Assembly (NCBI GenBank): GCA_051362555.1
Contig: CM120643.1
Span: 26,788,848 to 26,852,847, forward strand
DNA from: Lingula anatina
Lineage: Eukaryota > Animalia > Brachiopoda
Direction: 5' to 3'
Length of the DNA: 64,000 bases
Shown: positions 62,153 through 64,000 of the stretch, piece after piece
Position numbering within the stretch: the first letter of the stretch is position 1
Layout: each line of letters begins with the position of its first letter
Made by a program: the position numbers and the translations under genes
The notes under the pieces: model-generated
Told to the model about the DNA's origin: nothing
What the model saw: only the letters and a program-made list of their open reading frames with translations
Database searches by the model: none

Positions 62153-63857
62153 TTTTGTAAAAAGCCAATCCTTATCAGATAGTTGCTTTGTGAAAAAAAG
62201 CGCAGGAAGCAAGTAAACATTTTTTATTGAAGGGACAGCTTATCAATCGTTTTTTAATTTTCACGTGGCAAATATTGTTATTTTCCAGTGGAATACGCCA
62301 GGTTGGGTGTCACGTGTCGTGTGGAGACATCATTATGCAAATTAGCAGACGGACGTGTTGTCCAATTGGATCAATTACGGTCTCTGATTGGAGGGTCCAC
62401 CCTGCCCGATCAGTCTGGATCCACTGGAGAGGGATCTGGCGCCAATCCCATATTGAATACTCTCATGCAAGAAGAAACGTGCTTGGCTTTCGACCAGAAT
62501 TGGGTTACTGGTCGGATTTTGTATGCATCTACACACTGCGACGAGCCTTTGCCGTATATATGTGAGTTAGATGTGGCCGTTTCTGGTACGTACGAAGTAC
62601 ATTTTGAATGAATTTTAAATTATGTGAAGTACAATAGATATATTGTAGAATAGAGTCTAACATATATTCCATGTATGGTAATACATCAGGAAAAACATTA
62701 ATTACAAATCGACAAAGGACTTCGGAGCTCAATGAGAAAGTTAAAAATTATGTTTTAGATAACATTTTGACGGATACTGTAATATTTGTAATTAATGAGC
62801 GCGTTATATAAAGCATGGCTTCATCTTGGGACATTTGTGACATATCGTATTTTTAGAATCAGCTGTGGAAATCTCAGACCCAGTTGTTGACAAATTGACT
62901 GAAACGCTCATCTACTCAGTTTCAAACTACGACCCAAACACCTTCGTGACGTTTGTAAAGGACGGTGTAGAAAATCTTCACCGCACTCTGGTTCCGGTGA
63001 GTTCGACGGTTACCTACCCCTTACGGGTACCGCCAACGCAATCTAGAGGCGAAAGGCAAGGGTGCTACTCTATTGAGGTTTGGGGAAGGAAGCCATACAG
63101 ACGGTATAGCTCACAAAGATACCTGCTGAAGTATTCTGGTTAGTAACATTTGTGATCTGTGTCAAGGTTTTTTAAAACGTATTCTGGAGAAACACAAAGT
63201 AAAATGTTTCTTTAATGTAACCATGATAGGCTATGAGCTGTCGGGCGAAAAACACGAACTTGGTTACACACGATGTACGCGGAATATATATAAGCCTTGA
63301 GTGAATGTTTTGAGATAGTCAGAAGAGTTAGAATCAGAACTACAGAATGTATTACTCTGATACTGTAACTTGGTAACTGACCGGTATTGCGATCTCAGCC
63401 TGGGGGAACTTCCGCTTGCTCGTTCACCTGATCTGTTGTCATACCTTTGTCTTATATACATATGTATGTGTGTTTGAGAGAGAGAGAATAAAGAATAATG
63501 ATAATGAAAGAAATAAAGAACAAAAGAGTGAAAAAGGAGTGCAGCAAAAAAAAAAAAAAAAAAAAAACGCACGGAAACAACTACCCTTCCACGTACATGT
63601 AACTCTTCCAACTTAATCATAGCCTATTCATTTTGATTTCATAATTCAGATATACAAACGTTTACCGGTACCATGAAATCAAGTTATCTCACGTCATCTC
63701 CGAAGGACAACACAGAACCATCCCTGTATGCCGGAGGAGTGGAACATCAGCCGGGTGTTCGACAAACTTCCTTTGCTCAGATCTCGAACGCCGTGAGAGG
63801 AATAGGCAATGCAGTTTCCAGAGAGTTTTTTGTAGAAACGGTTCTAAAAGATGTGAG
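52917..63857 (+). CDS. Large modular extracellular or receptor protein, 3'-partial: signal peptide, EGF, Thr-rich mucin, six EB/EGF-like 6-Cys modules, two C-type lectin domains, further unassigned domains
   Basis: Phase-compatible GT-AG exons: 52917-53004, 53951-54067, 54710-54955(?), 55364-55504, 55796-55927, 56114-56251, 56685-56810, 57787-57939, 58690-58863, 59101-59352, 60184-60277, 61109-61290, 61789-61971, 62289-62585, 62857-63138, 63650-63857. Confidence 0.87.
53031..53598. mobile_element. PIF/Harbinger (Tourist-like) MITE with long inverted arms
   Basis: tta|gaccgcattcacatcgagaagagccga ... tcggctcttctcgatgtgaatgcggcc|tta; arms complementary over ~190 bp. Confidence 0.9.
53951..54067 (+). 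CDS. Exon: EGF-like domain
   Basis: CDPNPCLHSGSCSIDPIMNYTCTCQLGYVGRNCE, phase 1-1. Confidence 0.93.
54710..54955 (+). CDS. Exon: Thr/Ser-rich mucin-like segment (3' boundary uncertain)
   Basis: ttacag acceptor; TTTTPST, and TGVSTETPLG twice (30-bp duplication); phase-1 donor gtacgt at 54956. Confidence 0.6.
55364..55504 (+). CDS. Exon: EB-like Cys module 1
   Basis: HGAPCTRTQDC...VCTDTGQCTCNTG...LCAP; tandem aag/tag acceptor (55361 or 55364). Confidence 0.85.
55796..55927 (+). CDS. Exon: EB-like Cys module 2
   Basis: YNAECSKNTSC...YCNDINRCVCGFGLIYNQEMQRC. Confidence 0.88.
56114..56251 (+). CDS. Exon: EB-like Cys module 3
   Basis: YNQECYSELGCGDSSLVC...SCKCAPGHNFLRGRC. Confidence 0.88.
56320..56573. 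mobile_element. Fully palindromic MITE, family copy 3 (intronic)
   Basis: ggatcgatctatctccgaggagattctcgctaaattgca...cacgcctactgaagctgcta / tagcagcttt...tgcaatttagcg...ggagatggatcgatc...ctaggtatg. Confidence 0.82.
56685..56810 (+). CDS. Exon: EB-like Cys module 4
   Basis: INSPCQSSCPYGSNTVCVNGTCVCQTGFFHNQTTQQC. Confidence 0.9.
56819..57058. mobile_element. MITE-like repeat sharing ~48 bp with 24905-25049
   Basis: cccctcttgaaattagaattttgactagctgaatcatagttctaaacc. Confidence 0.6.
57787..57939 (+). CDS. Exon: EB-like Cys module 5 (absent from the ORF track)
   Basis: YNSSCTFNRNICSGVGDSKMRCSYVSEQSGYFCRCDFGHFYNTTVRLCEL; tttcag acceptor, gtatgt donor. Confidence 0.88.
58210..58507. mobile_element. 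TTAA (Kolobok-like) MITE, inverted relative to the 44986 copy
   Basis: ttaa|agggataacaactcttcgtat ... cttgttatcctt. Confidence 0.75.
58690..58863 (+). CDS. Exon: EB-like Cys module 6
   Basis: IGSSCTSTEQC...SCQD...DTCLCDEGHFWNLRDSRCE. Confidence 0.88.
59101..59352 (+). CDS. Exon: C-type lectin domain 1, N-part, with RRKR site
   Basis: SACRDGF...ARRKRQ...YVCVM...MSWTEAVEGCRSHYSNMLAL. Confidence 0.87.
59553..59655. repeat. 50-bp tandem duplication
   Basis: aatgtgttactgacattatggtgataaatatcttcatcagatattttttc x2. Confidence 0.9.
60184..60277 (+). CDS. Exon: CTLD1 middle (RYWTSML...LIWEG)
   Basis: tttcag acceptor, gtaata donor; phases fit both neighbours. Confidence 0.82.
61006..61084. repeat. 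(TA)n microsatellite
   Basis: direct reading. Confidence 0.95.
61109..61290 (+). CDS. Exon: CTLD1 C-part
   Basis: WSDNQPLPLHGNCVA...TEPCDSRLPSVC. Confidence 0.87.
61789..61971 (+). CDS. Exon: CTLD2 N-part
   Basis: CPDGWRGSPELEKCLKFVKRPGSYESAESYCFSEGGRL. Confidence 0.9.
62289..62585 (+). CDS. Exon: CTLD2 C-part
   Basis: ARLGV...ETCLAF...THCDEPLPYICE. Confidence 0.87.
62857..63138 (+). CDS. Exon: beta-rich, possibly Ig-like domain
   Basis: VTFVKDGV...RQGCYSIEVW; phase-1 donor gttagt matches the next exon. Confidence 0.7.
63650..63857 (+). CDS. Exon: unassigned domain; the gene continues beyond the window
   Basis: ttcag acceptor, open frame IQTFTGTMKSS...VLKDV, gtaaca donor. Confidence 0.72.
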
Positions 63858-64000
63858 GTAACATCAAGATATGCACGGCTTACTAGAGGTTATTGGCAAA
63901 TTTTAATCATAAAGATTATAATAACAACAGCAACAACAACAATAATAATACCGGTAATAATAATTGTATCTGGTTAGTATAATGAAAGTGGCGCGAAATT

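Overview
AT-rich, intron-rich animal genomic DNA, most consistent with a marine invertebrate such as a mollusc (inference from gene families and repeats). It is not prokaryotic, and no rRNA, tRNA or CRISPR array was seen. Contents in order: (1) the 3' two-thirds of MARCHF6/MARCH6 on + (18 exons read by eye, 1..15544), with an intronless antisense TRIM (RING-BBox-BBox-CC-NHL) gene nested in one intron; (2) two single-coding-exon peptide-type class A GPCRs on -, one allatostatin-A/galanin-like and one bombesin/CCHamide-like, both with altered DRY motifs; (3) a TE-rich intergenic region with a LINE remnant, a back-to-back Tc1 hairpin, an intron-containing pogo-like element and several MITE families; (4) a possible small orphan spliced gene; (5) the 5' part of a large modular surface protein gene on + (signal peptide, EGF, mucin, six EB-like modules, two C-type lectin domains), running off the right end. 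The most unusual observations are repeated tandem duplications of MARCH6 exon boundaries that create decoy splice sites, a His/Gly/Ala repeat expansion in a MARCH6 loop, the E3-inside-E3 nesting, and a ~700-bp-arm Tc1 inverted duplication. All coordinates were counted by hand, and no database search was run.
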